Below, in pieces: positions 1 to 13,785 of a DNA stretch of 64,000 nt. This DNA is from Takakia lepidozioides (taxonomy: Eukaryota; Plantae; Bryophyta). A program made the position numbers and the translations under genes. The stretch is taken from assembly GCA_030704615.1 (NCBI GenBank), contig CM060734.1, forward strand, positions 32,922,001-32,986,000, written 5' to 3'. The notes below the pieces were generated by a model. That model saw only the letters and a list, made by a program, of their open reading frames with translations, did not search any database and had not been told where the DNA came from. Each line of letters opens with the position of its first letter. The first letter of the stretch is position 1.

Positions 1-200
1 ACACTATGAATCAAATTGATGCGTGACAGATCCGGGTATGAAGAATAATCCAAAAAGAAAAGACAGGAATGGATGGAGTCTGTGGAAGTGTTTGGAGTCA
101 TGTTGGTGTTAATTTTATTGGCCATGAGCTCATGCATAAGTCTGTGGAGGTGTTTGGAGTCATGTTGGTGTTAATTTTAAGGGTACTGCATGTGTTTCAG

Positions 201-3200
201 GGTTCTTTTGAGGGATCGGAAGACCTCAGAATCAGAGTTGAAACTCGGGTGCGCAATGCCCTTGCAGAAGGCTTGCCCATAGTTGCCCTAGAATCAACCA
301 TCATATCACATGGTAATGAGGAGGGGCCTGCTGTCAAATTTCTCTTTTGCAATTGCTAATGTCTGAAACATCTAATAGGGTGTTGCAGTGCATCTTTGGC
401 ATAAAAAGTGATGCTAGACTACTCTCCATGACTGCTATAAAGATTCTTGCGGGATGGGCTTCAACAGGTGGCAAGAGCTAATGCTATATAGTCTTGACGC
501 AGGAATGCCTTATCCAAAGAACTTGGAAACAGCAAAAGCGGTTGAGACTATAGTGCGCCAGACTGGTGCTACTCCAGCCACAATCGCTATCATCAATGGT
601 GTCCCCTGCATTGGTTAACCCTTTCGCCTTTCTCTGAAGTATCCCCTTGTTTCTTTTTTGGGTTTAGTAGTTGAAGTTGTTGGACCTCTTTCATAAACAT
701 GTGGATTCCATAGGTCCAGCTCCAGGTTGCTATCAAGGAAACATTTTACCTGTGAAGTTAACTCTTGTTATTGGATTTGGCGATAGGTCTGACCGAGGCT
801 GAATTGGAACAGCTTGCTCAACTGGGGCCTAAGGCAACCAAGACTGCTCGTAGAGATATTGCACATGTTGTAAGTGTCAGCCTTGTTTATTATGTATTGC
901 TCTCACAGGTACATAGCTTCAGATATCCTGTGTTGCACCACTATCTGCAGGAACTACCTACCTGGTGTTCACTCCTGGTTGCCATTATCCCATTTAGCAC
1001 AGGTATGCGCCGCATAGGATAGGATAGCTGACTTCAGACAAGATAGGACCAGAGTGTAAAGTTGTTAACCATGTGCAGCTTGTCATGTGCCAATCTGCCC
1101 CTGATAGGATAGAAGTACCTGCTAGTTCAAATGGAGCTTTAGCATATATCTGTCCTTTTCTCGATGAGCACAAGAAAATATGGTGCATATGCAGATCTTC
1201 AGGTTCTTCATCTCTCTTTCCCTCCCGACGACGAAATGAGTCTCCTTTTTCTGTTTGCTTTCTTTTGCAAGTTGGCAGGGGTCTGAGAAAGACATCCGTA
1301 AGTAAATATTTCATGTGACTTGTACACAGATTGCAAAGAAATTAACGGGGGCAACCACAGTGTCAGCCACTATGTTTTTCGCTGCAAAGGTTAGCTCTCT
1401 CTCTCCCTCCCGCCCTCCCTCAGCCTGCAATGCCTGTAATAAAGTTGTTTGGTCATTGCTTGATTTGGTTTTCATGTTATTCATCATGCCATTTGTAATC
1501 ATCTTTGATATTCAGAATGTCAACCATTGATAGATTCATAAAAGGCCGAATTGTGTGAGTGTAGGTGGGCATCAATGTGTTCGTTACTGGAGGGATTGGA
1601 GGGGTCCATCGACATGGTGAAACAAGTAAGTAAATTCAGCTCACTTTTTGCAGTCCTTTCAACTGAGGATATTTTCATACCTTACTTACACTGGTTCAAC
1701 AGCAGTGTTCCAGATGTCGCAGAACCTAATTCAGGACAAATTTCACATTGGAGGTTGTTGGGATGTCTTGGTGGCAATATTTGCACATCCTGTGTGCATA
1801 TCAACCTTTCACTGCTGTTTTGGCTGGAGTCAGTTCAAAGACCGATCCTTTTTGGACTCAGTTCTGCCCCTCCTTCCCTTTCTCGAAGTGTGGACAACTA
1901 ACGCAGAGATTGGTGATGCGTGACAGCTATGGATGTTTCATCTGATTTGACGGAACTTGGTAGGACTCCAGTCACTGTTGTTTGTGCGGGAGTCAAATCT
2001 ATTCTTGATATTCCCAGGACTCTTGAGTACCTGGTATGTTGTTTGCTCACTCATACTAGTCAAATATAGCTTCATCCTCATTACAGACCCTTCAATTTAT
2101 CTGGAGCATCTTGTGCGAATCTGCATCTTGCCAAAATTAGTCAAGCACTCGAGCAGGCGTCCCTTGTTCTGGCCGAAATCTGAGGGATGGCTCATTCAAA
2201 AAAGGATTGGACAGCATTACAGTTGCAGGGAATTTCCTGTATGCGCTGGACCATGACATACCTTTAATGGCATAGTACCTCCTGGATTCTAAGCCTCTCT
2301 GCACCAGTTGTGGGGTTTCAGCCCACCAACAGTTCGAAAGATTCATCCTGAAATTACTGGAGGCATTTGGTGCAGCTAACAACAATCTAGTTACAGGGAG
2401 GATTGATATTTGCACAGGCATTGACAGATTATGAAGTTGATTCCAGCACTAGTTTCTGGCACTTGCCCTGATGTGAAGTCCATGAACTGCCAGTCATGCC
2501 AGTCAAGAAAAGGGCCATACGCATTCTTCCACAGTAGAAAGAAACAAAAAACAAAAAATGAAGAAGAGGAGAATGAAAGAAAGACATCGTAAAATCCAGG
2601 GGAGGATCAGAAATAGACTGTTTGGTTTGATTGGTGTCGAAGTATTTATAGATTAAGCAATTCAGATTTCAAAGTATACCACTTTCTAAATCTCAGGTTG
2701 TGATCAAACAGGAGACTCAAGGAGTGACGGTTATTGCATATGGCACGGATAAATTTCCAGCCTTTTTCACTCCTGACAGTGGTTGTAAGGTATGACCATG
2801 GCTGTTTGAAGTTTCTGCTTGTATGATGGTCTCCTCCCATACATGTGCTTTGGTATATGCTGAACGTATGGCTCGAGCACTTGTATTCTGTTTTGGCAGT
2901 GACATGAAAACTTCCAGTCAGTTCTGGCAGAGTGAGATATATGTAGATATCTATATCCATATATACATATATATGTACACGCAGACACACCACACACCGC
3001 ATACCACACACATACATATACATATACAGATATACATGGATATATGTTAATTGTACTGACTGACCCTACTGTCCACGTATGCCATAACAAACTCTAGGGC
3101 ATAAAACTTGCAGGATAGTAACTGCCCCGAGCTTTGCGGAAACAGAAACTGAGCCCAAAAGTGCCTTATCTCTTGTGTACAGTCTACAAAACTCCAGTCC

Positions 3201-4877
3201 AGGAGAACCAATAAGGGCTGTACAGACATGAGATTCCAGTATCTTGATGCCAACACTATGGCGGTATCTTCAATCTTAACAAAGGGGGACTTATGTGGCT
3301 TGGAGACAGAGAGGCTCCTTGTTTTGCTATAACTTGCCACCTTCTCTACTTTCACAAGGAGGGAACTAACTGGCAAGTAGTGCTGTACAGTTTCAATGTT
3401 GCTTGGGATACCAGTGGGGCCATTGTGACTAGTAGTGAGAGACAAGGAGATTATGCCTTTTGCAAGGGCAAAGGAAGCCCTACTTTAAGGCCAAGTGCTG
3501 ATTGTGATTTCGTTCTCTTTGTTTGTAGGCTCCTTGTCGTGCAGACACTGCAGAAGATTGTGCTGCAATATCTGGTAAAGTGCTTCCTAATTTCAGCACT
3601 ATTTTGTGTGGTTATTGATATCATCTTTTGGATTACCTTGGTCCTAGGCCCTGATGCTGTAGTGGCATATCTGACAAAGCACCTACCTGTTGTACATTGT
3701 GCTTTGCAACTACCTAGATGAAGACAGCTCCGCTGGTCTCCTCTGTTTTTTAACTGTTTTTGTGTTTGTAGTGGTTATGAGATCCAAAATTTTCCTGGCC
3801 TGCAACTAGTGAGATGACCAAGATCCAACTGAAGGATGAAATGCTCACTGACTAATCCAACACACATATATGACATATATGAACTGCATTTCAATGCGGT
3901 AATACTGTTCCTCCAACTGGTAGGTGGAGTCACTATTGCAGAGCGCCCTAGTAAGTTGAAAAGAAGGATTTCACTTAGGCTGATAGACTTTATTAAATGT
4001 GGTGTCTACAGCTGTGAACCTGAAGCTGGGTTTGCAAAGTGGGATACTCGTTGGTGTGCCCATCCCCGAGGAGCATGCAGCTATGGCAGAAACTGTTGAA
4101 GCAGCTATCCAGTCGGCACTGGATGAATCAAAGTGAGTGTCTTTGGTGAACTCCAGGTGTCATACATTTTTGGACGTGGTCTTCACTATTAAGATAACAG
4201 TAAATGGTCAAGTGTGAGGGCACTAAATGTGAACTTATGTGGGACGCTTCATGATGTGGTCCACCTACACACAGGTTTGTTGTGAATAATACTCTACCAA
4301 GTAGGAATCTAGGGGCTATTTGGACCCTAAGGTAATGAAATGGCATTCATATCTGGCCCTCTCTTCAGCCATTTTCTACTCTGTCCAAATTGGGCATGGG
4401 GTATCTGCTTCAAGGCTATGGCAAGCTAAGCACATGGTTGCCTTTCCTTTGGTGTTTGAGCTTGACAGGGAGAAAGACATCATTGGAAGTGCGGTGACAC
4501 CGTACATACTGAAGCGTGTAAATGAACTGACAGGCGGCGCCTCGCTTGCTTCAAGTATCCACTTTTCTAGTATATGTTTAGTCTAAATTGGAAGAATCAA
4601 GGATCTTTTATGTTTACTTAGGATTGATTCCTTGGCAACAAAGTCGCACTCGGGAAATGAGGTTCCTAAAAGTCACGCAGAATTTGATTCATGATCTTCC
4701 CTCCTCTAGAAGGTGGGCTAAACAAGGAGGATAAGAGAACATGCTAGGACCCCAAGGTTTGCGAGTATTCAAAACACCTTGACGTGTGATGCAGATATTG
4801 GATTGATCAGAAACAATGCCCGGATAGGGTCACAAATTGCTGTTGCCTTGGCTGCTGAGTTGTTACAGACATCTTGA
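201..4877 (+). CDS. PUMY: Pseudouridine-5'-phosphate glycosidase (PsuG/IndA family), 5'-partial, spliced
   Basis: GT-AG exons in consistent phase: 201-312, 503-613, 787-869, 1330-1389, 1565-1625, 1927-2033, 2712-2789, 3529-3574, 4012-4132, 4469-4554, 4795-4877 (TGA). Joined protein has the family motifs [69 protein letters not shown] and NIGLIRNNA. Confidence 0.95.
2935..3046. repeat. (TA)/(CA) microsatellite-like tract in a PUMY intron
   Basis: Mixed TATA/CACA dinucleotide runs seen directly. Confidence 0.75.
4555..4794 (+). other. Candidate U12-type (minor spliceosome) GT-AG intron
   Basis: The 5' splice site GTATCCACTTTT resembles RTATCCTTT. A CCTTGAC branch motif ends about 11 nt before the end of the intron. 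There is no polypyrimidine tract. Confidence 0.6.
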
Positions 4878-6010
4878 TTGGACAATTCCTGAAGGCATGT
4901 CACAGGGTTATGTTGATTGCTGAGATCGATGGGGGACACTTTAAAGACATACATATCCTTTTCGAATCAACCTAGAGATGGAGAAACTGAAGATGGAAAG
5001 ATGCAAGATGCAAGATGTCTTCTTGCAAAGCTTATTTTGGTTTGCGGAAGTAGCAGTTGCCAACTCATTGCTAGTCTTAAGGTATCTAGCTTGTGATGCA
5101 ATGGACACTAACTTTCTTTTGGCAAACTCTAGAAAAGGACAAAGTGTCTGTTGACGCTATTCTGTCAAAAGCAACAAAGCAACTTCTGTTCTTTGTTAGC
5201 TCAACTCCAGAACAAATCAAGCTCGGTACAGTGGAGTAGGTGCTGTGCATAGACCACCAGGATCAAGGTTGAACTTACACAACAACCCTGTATATTAGCA
5301 AATCAAAATAAACTCAACGGTTAACCTGAGTGTTGGAAGGTTATATATTTTTTCTACTATCCGGTGGTTCAGGTTATCTGACTTTTGCTTTATTCTCTAG
5401 GAATCTCCAGTTTAGGGTAGATGTAAAAGCCAAAAATCCATCTATGATATTAGTAATTTTGTTTGGCAATAACAGATGAACCCAACTATAATTCTGGCAA
5501 TTATGCATACAAGTCACTGCTAGTCCTATAATCTCAATACTCTAAATGATGAACTCGGTGTATTATGAACTGGTTACCAAGAGAAGACACAGAATCTTGC
5601 AAACACAGGCAAAGCCTGTGCACAAATGAAGGGGACTCCAAATATCTGATGTCCACATTGGGTTGCACCCACTTACCCACCAGGTATCATGGGTTATTTG
5701 TTGACCACCAAGCCATTCTTGGGTCTCTTCCAGTTCTCAGACAAAAAAGAAAAGACTATAGTTTCTATGCCAGGTATCAGTCAGTTATCCACTGCCAGTT
5801 CCAGAGCATGCTGGGTACTTTGGTTTCTGGCCTTAGTATGTTGCCCACTTGCTTTTGGGTGGTTTGTGTTATCAATTTGATACTCTCTTGAAAAAACATG
5901 GTCTACTGGTTCTCTTATAAACTTTGTACTAACTTGTGTAAGCAGCACTCTTGAATTTGGAAGAAACACTGAACTATGCTTGTCAATGGAGTAAGTGATC
6001 TTGGATCAGC

Positions 6011-7696
6011 TCAATCATTCAATGCGAGAAGAGAAAAAAATGTGATAATGAACAGAATGAGGACTACTCCCTCCTCAGGTCTCAAAACATTTGCTCTCGA
6101 CCCCACTGGTGATGATGCAGGTGCACGCTGAGGAGATTGCAAAGGCGTTGCCTGGTATAAAAGAGAAAAGTTAGAAACTTAAAAACAGTTGCTAATTACG
6201 TACAGAGATGAGCTCTGGTTTATCAATACATACTCGAAAAGGTCTTCCAATTTGCACTCATGTTAGAGATACAGTGAGATGGAGAGAGAAAGAAATTATG
6301 ATTTGAGGAAAATCTGGGACCGATAAGGGCAAAACAAGCACACTCTGAAACACTGCTACAGAAGCCGGGGTAAGCAATCAATCAGTATCACAGACTGAGA
6401 ATTGTGTCCATTTTTTACAAGCAGAGAGGCAGTGAGCCCACCAACAGATCATACTGCTGGAAGACAGTCTGGCAGAGAAGATTCAGTATGATTAGTAAAG
6501 AACCCGAAAAGCAATCTCTGAAATCACTTTGAACAAGACTTAGGTCCTCAGCCCCACTTATCACATTTAGAAGTAAAATGTCACATCTGAACTACTGCTA
6601 ATTAGCTACTCCCTATATTGTATCTGGGTTAACTTACTTTGATTGGAATGGCCATTTTCTGGCCCAGTTGACAGTGTCCACTAACTGTGCAAATGAAGTA
6701 GAGGGTGGGCGGATCCACAGATTTCACTGTATACTGTAACACCACAAACATCCAGCAAGAGTTTGGCTACATACTTCATTTGAGATGGAAAAACAATTGT
6801 ACTGCAAGAAGACAATCATGCAATGATGATAAATTTTTTTTAACAATTTGGAATGGCTGGAGTCCTAACCTCATCTTCTCTGCCATGGTCACTACGTTAA
6901 GACCTGCATACTCACAATGGTGGGAGGTCCGCCAGTAACTTCCTGACCACCTGTGCCATTGCAGCTGTTGAAGGCCCCTTCACTTTGCACTAACACAACC
7001 GTGTGTGCCGCCGCTTCATATTGAAATGCTGATACAGAATAATCCTGTAAAGTAAGCTGACCTGGCAAAACCTCTCTCCAATTTCAACCTGAACCTCCCT
7101 AACCATTGCATGTCACATCACAATCTATCCTCCTCCCTCAACGTATGGAGATGTATATCATGAATTCGAAACCCAAGTGTACTAACAGAACCCTGTCAAT
7201 TCTAGTGAAACTACACACACAAAGGATTGGCAACCAAACACGAGAGATGGGGTGACACATAATAAATGATGACAAAAGAGAGGGGGCGACAATACATCCG
7301 GAGAGAGAAAGGCAGGACCATGAAAAACTATGCACACTAACCTGTGGAAACAAATGTACACCACACCATCCACAGATCACGTACTTAGAGAGGAGTGATC
7401 AAACAAAAGAACAAAGAGTGAGAGACTCATGCCAAGAACTTACTGAGGGAATCGCCCACTGAGACATTGACTGACGAGGCCCACTGGGCGTATGCATCCT
7501 GGAGCGCTGATGCATTGTTAGCTCCATTCAATGTACTGGTCCATTCACCAGACAAAGTCCCACTTCCTACCACAAAGTCCTTGGTGGCCATGGTCGCATG
7601 AAACAGCGAAGCTAGCAGCATGACTCTTCGTATGACACATCTGCAGCTCCAACACCTTGAACCAGATGGCCCTGTCTGACTAAGCATGCCTTTCAT
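6011..7696 (-). CDS. Phytocyanin (plastocyanin-like blue copper protein, stellacyanin-type), probably GPI-anchored
   Basis: Exons 7696-7444, 7028-6916, 6733-6638 and 6151-6011 join in frame: DFVVG...YAQWASSVNVSVGDSLTFQY..AHTVV...C...LYFICTVSGHCQLGQKM. Putative copper ligands are His, Cys, His, Gln. A Pro/Ser linker and a hydrophobic C-terminus (VVLILFIITFFSLLAL) follow. The start codon is uncertain. Confidence 0.9.
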
Positions 7697-8686
7697 ACTG
7701 CTTTTCTGCCACAAGCCGACCGATGTATAACGGAAGACACATTATACCAGCTACTAAATTCATAGCACATCAAGTAGGACACAACGTCACACCGCATGAC
7801 GTTAGTTTTGGTGCAACAAAACGAAGATTTATGCCTCAATTGCAACAATGTGGAGGGGACATACCCAAGAAATGCCTTGGGACTCCTTCCCCGGATTCAA
7901 GTAGACCTGTTAGGAGGGCTTCTATTGCTGCAAAAACGTGTACAGATGGGTAATGATTAATGTACACGTGCATATTGATGCGTGAGCGAATGAAGGCTAG
8001 ATCAGCTGCAGGTGTAAGTATGAGCAATAAACTAATTCAGCTGCAGAAATTAACCCCATAAAATGCAACTTCACAATTCCGTGATGCCAAGTCGAAAATC
8101 TTCTTCCATGACAAGCACCAGATTCAATTCCCCAAACTGAGACATTCAGTATGTCGATTACACAAAATCCAGCAAATTGCACAGAAGTACCCCATGCCTA
8201 CTCAGAAGTCGTAAATGCGAAAATTCCCGCTCAAAAGCCATACTTCAAGGGATGAGTTTACATACATGGCACGCAGAGAGCAGCTTCCACAAGTGTGACG
8301 AGGGAAGGGCCACGCCCCCTTCTATTACCGACAAGAAAAATCAATCAAACACACACAACACAGCTGCTCTTGGTCGTCACACACTCTGCCACATCCGTGC
8401 TCGACGTTGTTCGCGTGCAAACGAGGAAACACACTAGGCAGCTGCCGCAAAGCTTACGAGACGGCACACCCCCGAGAGTCCACCCGCTTAACACAATACA
8501 TAGAAAATAGGTAGACGTTTAGACCAGTTAGACCCCAAGAGTAATCAAGTGGTGGGCGACATCCTCACTCTTGCTGACCAGTCGCATATATATATATATA
8601 TATATATATCAACCGAAGCCAGCGTAACTAAGAGCCTCTTCCCGTTGCGGGTACTGGCCCCTTCCATCTATCCGGACCAATCGCAT

Positions 8687-8962
8687 TGTATAGGGGAAGT
8701 CCCCTCTCGGAGGGCTTACCGCGGTTGTGAGGGGAGTTGTCTGGGGATCTTACAGCCTGCTGTCATCTTTTCTTTTTTAAACTTATTTCTTTTATATTAG
8801 TTCTAGGGATCTGAGCCATCCACCTAGATCTTCAAGAGATGTCAGCCATCCAGTACGTGTATAGGGGAAGTCCCCCCTCGAAGGGCTTACCGCGGTGTGA
8901 GGGGAGCGGTCCGAGGCAATACGACCTGAGCCGTAAGATCCCGCGCCCTAGGGATCTTACGG
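8687..8962. repeat. Two ~50-bp direct repeats plus a perfect 12-bp hairpin
   Basis: TGTATAGGGGAAGTCCCC..GGGCTTACCGCGG(T)TGTGAGGGGAG occurs at ~8687 and ~8858. CCGTAAGATCCC-8nt-GGGATCTTACGG lies at 8931-8962. Confidence 0.75.
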
Positions 8963-10558
8963 ATCTTACGCCGAGATATTCCGTCAGACAACTTCCCTGC
9001 AAATACAAAGAGAAAGAACAGATGGAAGACCATTTCAAACTTGTGTAACGAACACTAGATGACAAACACTTATTCGAGTGGTTGTCAGTGCTTGCATGTT
9101 ATCTTCCACCAGCTCCACGCAACTAAGTTACCGGGATCCATTCTTATGAACATTTATGACCTTCACTTACCTTGCCAGTGAAGTTGCCACAGATGCAAAA
9201 GAGTCTTGTCTAAAGAGGCAGATACCTTTGCCCCATTTCTGGAGCATTATCAGCCATGACTGGTTCTTGGAAACCTCCTGGCGTTCACTGTGAACCGCAG
9301 GCCAAGGGATGATGCCATTGTCTCCTCCACTTCTAGAAACGGATTTGCACTTGAACAGCGTGCGTGTGAACGATAGTTTTGAGTATCTGTTTGCAAATTG
9401 TGTAGTGTGCACGTCTGTATCTTTTCATCTGTAGTGGATTCATGAAGTACTTTGCAGAGCTTATGGTTGGCACACGGTCATATCTGGTACCTTAACAGGT
9501 AAGATGAGCACCAAGCCAGCGTACTGCCGACCAACCCTGTCCCGATTTTGCAGGTCGAGAACGGTAACACCAACTCAATGACAATTTCATCCTCACCATA
9601 GTTCCCTGCTGGGTTTGGCTATGGTGCGCGGAGGCCCCCCGGACTGTAAACCCTGTCAAAGACGGTTACGGGCGAGTTATGTTAGCTGAAGGCACACTTG
9701 AAGGGAGAGGCAAAGAGTGCGAGTCCTCCATATCTACCACAAGGGTGAGATTGCCTACGTAAATCCGTAAAGCCCAAATCACGCACTTCGAAACAAATCA
9801 CTCGAGCTTGCATCACGTTCCGATCAGGATTTGTGTCTCCAAGTTTGAAAGTTCACACTTCACACCACAACTTCACCGGGAGCACATTCCGGTGGAATTC
9901 AAAGCTTCACATATGCGATAATCACTACATGGCTGGCCGCCTAACAAGAATGTTATAAATGCTACAAAAAAGAGAACGATCCTACTCCAAGCCTCCAAGC
10001 ATACATGTACACCTTAATCGAATGTATACACATCCTCCACCTGACATTGGTCTAACTTGTAATGAACTCATGATCGCCTTCTATGGCACACATGGTGCCA
10101 TTGCTACATGATGACTATAATCGATGCAGCATGCCAATAACCTACAACATTGTGCACCTTGATTTCCTGTCTGAGAAGATACAGGTGAAGTAGCATCAGC
10201 TCTCTAACACAGCTCTTACTCCTACTCCCAGAATTCTTCTACATATCTTAAACTGATCGAACTCTTGATGACAGCTATCAGCAGGTTAATGCAGGGTCAC
10301 CCGTCCGAGCAGAGATGGTACAGGGGACCATATGACTACAGGATGCCATTGCTTCCTGTCCATTGACAGCTTACTCACTATAATATGCCAGTAACTGCAC
10401 ATCATCTGAATCCGAGCTGCCTGTAAAATAACGTGAGATCTCGTACATAACTCTTTACTCCATCAAGAGTGTTTGTACTGTCTACTTTCGTACTCCACGG
10501 TTTTGCAGTGCACATATTCCGACCTCTGCACTGCAATTTGCATTGCCCCAGTTGTCCA

Positions 10559-11090
10559 ATGGATCGTACTGCGGACATAGCAAAATTCTACTGTGCGTCC
10601 CAGTCAAGGCCTCTCTACAAAGTCGCGGGTGGCAATGGTCTCGTTGTTGTGCAGGAGGACGTGCTCTGTAGAAGCTTGGAACTTGAAGTTGGAACTGTTC
10701 ATGTTGAAAGAGAAGTGTACGATGATTCCGACAAGGTTGAGAGCATGTTGATACTGGAGCCAGATATGGTTGGAAGCCGTAGAGAATGGAGAGTTCTGAT
10801 GGGCAAGTACCGCGTGCACGGGGATCAAAGACGTCTGTCTGCTAGTTCCATCTTGACGCCCGAAACCGCAGCTTCGGTGGCTCCTGCCTTCACACCTGTT
10901 CCCTTAAAAAAAAAAAACCAACACTTCCACAACATTCGTGGAACTCTCGGAAAGCTCTGATGAGGACATTTTGGAGATCCCTCCACCTCCTAACCCCTGT
11001 GCTTATGTGGACCAAGATGTTCAAGAGATTGCCAGTGTCATTCCAAAGTTGCAGTCTCTAAAAGGCTTGCCTAATAGCAGGAGTGATACT
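10559..11090 (+). pseudogene. Relic N-terminus of a MULE-SWIM transposase-type gene, homologous to the gene starting at 56134
   Basis: REWRV..YRVHGD..SILTP and ELSESSDEDILEI align by eye with REWRV..YRVVGD..SILAP and NLSDSDEVMEV of the 56134 gene. There is a frameshift at a poly-A run. Confidence 0.55.
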
Positions 11091-11638
11091 CTTACTCCAT
11101 CAAGAGTGTGCACTTCATCACGATTGGTGCATATGTCTGACCTCTTACACTGATAAAACTCTTGATGACCAGGCATCAGGGGCCTAACACGGGATCCACC
11201 TTCCAACAGAGATGGTACCCACATGACCAGGGAGTACAAGAGGTCCTTGCCACCGATGCCTTGTCATCAAGAGTTTGATCGATGTGGCATGCCAGTAATC
11301 TAGTCCTCCTTACTCTTGCGTTCACATCAGCTCTCTCCCAACAGTTATCCCTCTCTCCCTCGCACTTTACACTAAACTCTTGATAACCAGGTATCATCAG
11401 TCCACAGAAGAAGATGGTTGCCTATGCATCAAGAGCCCAGTATGCCCGTGACATCCCGTCCTAGGTACAGTCGATAAATCCTGAATAGATCCGAAGCAGG
11501 AGAGCTACTTATCACATGACTGGACTCCAGAGAGCATTACGATGGAGAGCATCGCAAAACTTGCCACTACAGTCGTGGAAGACGCAGGGCCGCAGAGAAG
11601 ACATGAAGACGAGAAGAGAGAGAGAGATAGAGGGAAAG

Positions 11639-13560
11639 GGAAGATAATAGGAATAATGTAAGAACTTAATGCGAGCGCGTCAGGACCGTCCAGCCCTGAC
11701 ACCCCGTACTGCCGGTTCTCTGCCTCCGGCAGCCATCGAAAAACAGCCGGCTGGGCTCGGTCAATCCCTCCCCACCCCCGCTCTCATCCCATCGGCGTTG
11801 TCGTTCTGCGACACCAGCCGCTTCCACCAGTTCCCTGTAACCCACGCCCCCTGTAACCCCCTCCACGTCAACCCCTGTAACCCCCGCCCCGGGTGTAACC
11901 CTCACCCCCATGAAACCCTCTATATTTCCGCCGAGTGTAACCCTCACCACCATGTATCCTCTATAATCCATGTAACCCTCTGCAACCCTCTAGTGTAATC
12001 CATGTAACCCTCTATAGAGTGTCACTGCAGAGTGTTCCCCTCACCCCTATGTAACCCTCTGTAACCCATGTAACCCTCTGTAATCCACGTAACCCATATA
12101 ACCCGTTGTAACCCATGTAACCCTTTGTGGCCCCTCTGTAACCCATGTAGCCCTCTGTGACCCTCTGTGACCCTCACCACCATGTAACCCTCTGTAGAGT
12201 GTCACCACAGAGTGTTACCCTCACCCCTCTGTAACCCTCTGTAAAGTGTCACCGAGTGTCACCCTCACCCCTATGTAACCCTCACTCCATGTAACCTCTG
12301 TAACCCATGTAACCCTCTGTAACACCATAGAGCGTCATCCTCACCCCTATGTAACCCTCGCTCCATGTAACCCTCTGTAACCCTCTGGAACACCGCAGAG
12401 TGTCACCCTCACTCCTGTGTAACCCTAATTCCATGTAACCTTCTGTAACCCTCTGTAACCCCTGTAACCCTCTGTAATCCATGTAACCCATATAACTCGC
12501 TGTAACACATGTAAACCTATGTGACCCTCTATAACCCTCTAAGACCCATGTAACCCTCTGTGACCCTCTGTAACCCTCTATAATCCTCTATAACCTATCT
12601 CACCCTCTGTAACCTTCTGTGATCCTCTGTGACCCAAATAACCCTCTATAACCTAAGTCACCTTCTATAACCCTCTGTCACCCTCTGTGAGCCATGTAAT
12701 CCTTTGTACCCCTCTGTACCCCTCTGTACCCCATATAACCCTTTGTAACTCTGCCGAGTGTAACCCTCACCACCACGTAACCCTCTGTAACCCATGTAAT
12801 CCTCTTTAACCCTCTGTAACCCATGTGACCCATATAACCTGCTGTAACCCTCTGTAATCCATGTACCCCTCTGTAACACCGCAGAGTGTAACTCGAGTCG
12901 CCCCTATGTAACCCTTACTCTATGTAACCCTCTGTAACCCATGTAACCCTCTGTAACCCATGCAACCCTTTGTAACACCGCAGAGTGTCAACCCTCACCC
13001 CTATGTAACCCTCATTCCATGTAACCCTCTGTAACCCTTTGTAACCCATGTAACCCTCTGTGACCCTCTGTAACCCTCACCACCATGTAACCCTCTGTAA
13101 CCCATATAACCCTCTGTAACACCGCAGAGTGTCACCCTCACCCCTATGTAATCCTCACTCCATGTAACCCTCTGTAACCCTTTGTAACCCATGTAACCCT
13201 CTGTTACTCCGCGGGGTGTAACCCTCACTCCATGTTATCCCGCATCATGTAACCCTCCCATTATGTGATCCCATGTAATCCCCACCATATGTAACCCGCA
13301 TCGTGTAACCCCAATGCAAGCTTGAATCATGTAACCCCACGTAACCCCTACTCCATGTAACCCCATCATCCCTGTAACCCTCTGCACGTCAGCCCTTGTA
13401 AGTGCCCCTCGTGTAACCCTCATTGTGTAACCCTCATATTGTAACCCCACCATGTAACCACGATACTGTGTTAATCCCCGACGTGTAACCCCCAATCGTG
13501 TCACTCCTAGCTCGTGTCACCCTTGATCTTGTATCCCCAACGCATGTCACCCCAGTTCGT
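11639..13560 (+). repeat. Left inverted arm: unique terminus plus TGTAACCC-motif array
   Basis: Dense degenerate (TGTAACCC)(TC/A) modules; reverse complement of the right arm. Confidence 0.93.
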
Positions 13561-13785
13561 GTAGCCCCTTGGTGCCCGGCAAAAATTGGCGGGCTCCGAG
13601 AGGTGTCAGATATTTTGAATTCAAACCTAGGTTACACGATTCGGTGACATCAAAACCCACGTGTAACTCCATCATCGCGCGTCATTTTCACTAGGTGCGC
13701 AGACGTCATGCGGTCCCGAGGGCTCCGCTGTGTTGTCCGTGTGTGTTCTGCGATTTGTACAGTACTGGTGGTACTGTTGCTGCTG

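Noticed and set aside
79-179. ~40-bp direct repeat in the first visible PUMY intron and the N-terminal extension of ORF 69-359
   Set aside because: Ordinary short duplication. Coding similarity begins only at the acceptor before 201.
11835-13560. True telomere or interstitial telomeric array; the many short ORFs in both arms
   Set aside because: The motif is degenerate and enclosed in TIRs with a TSD. The ORFs are translations of the repeat.
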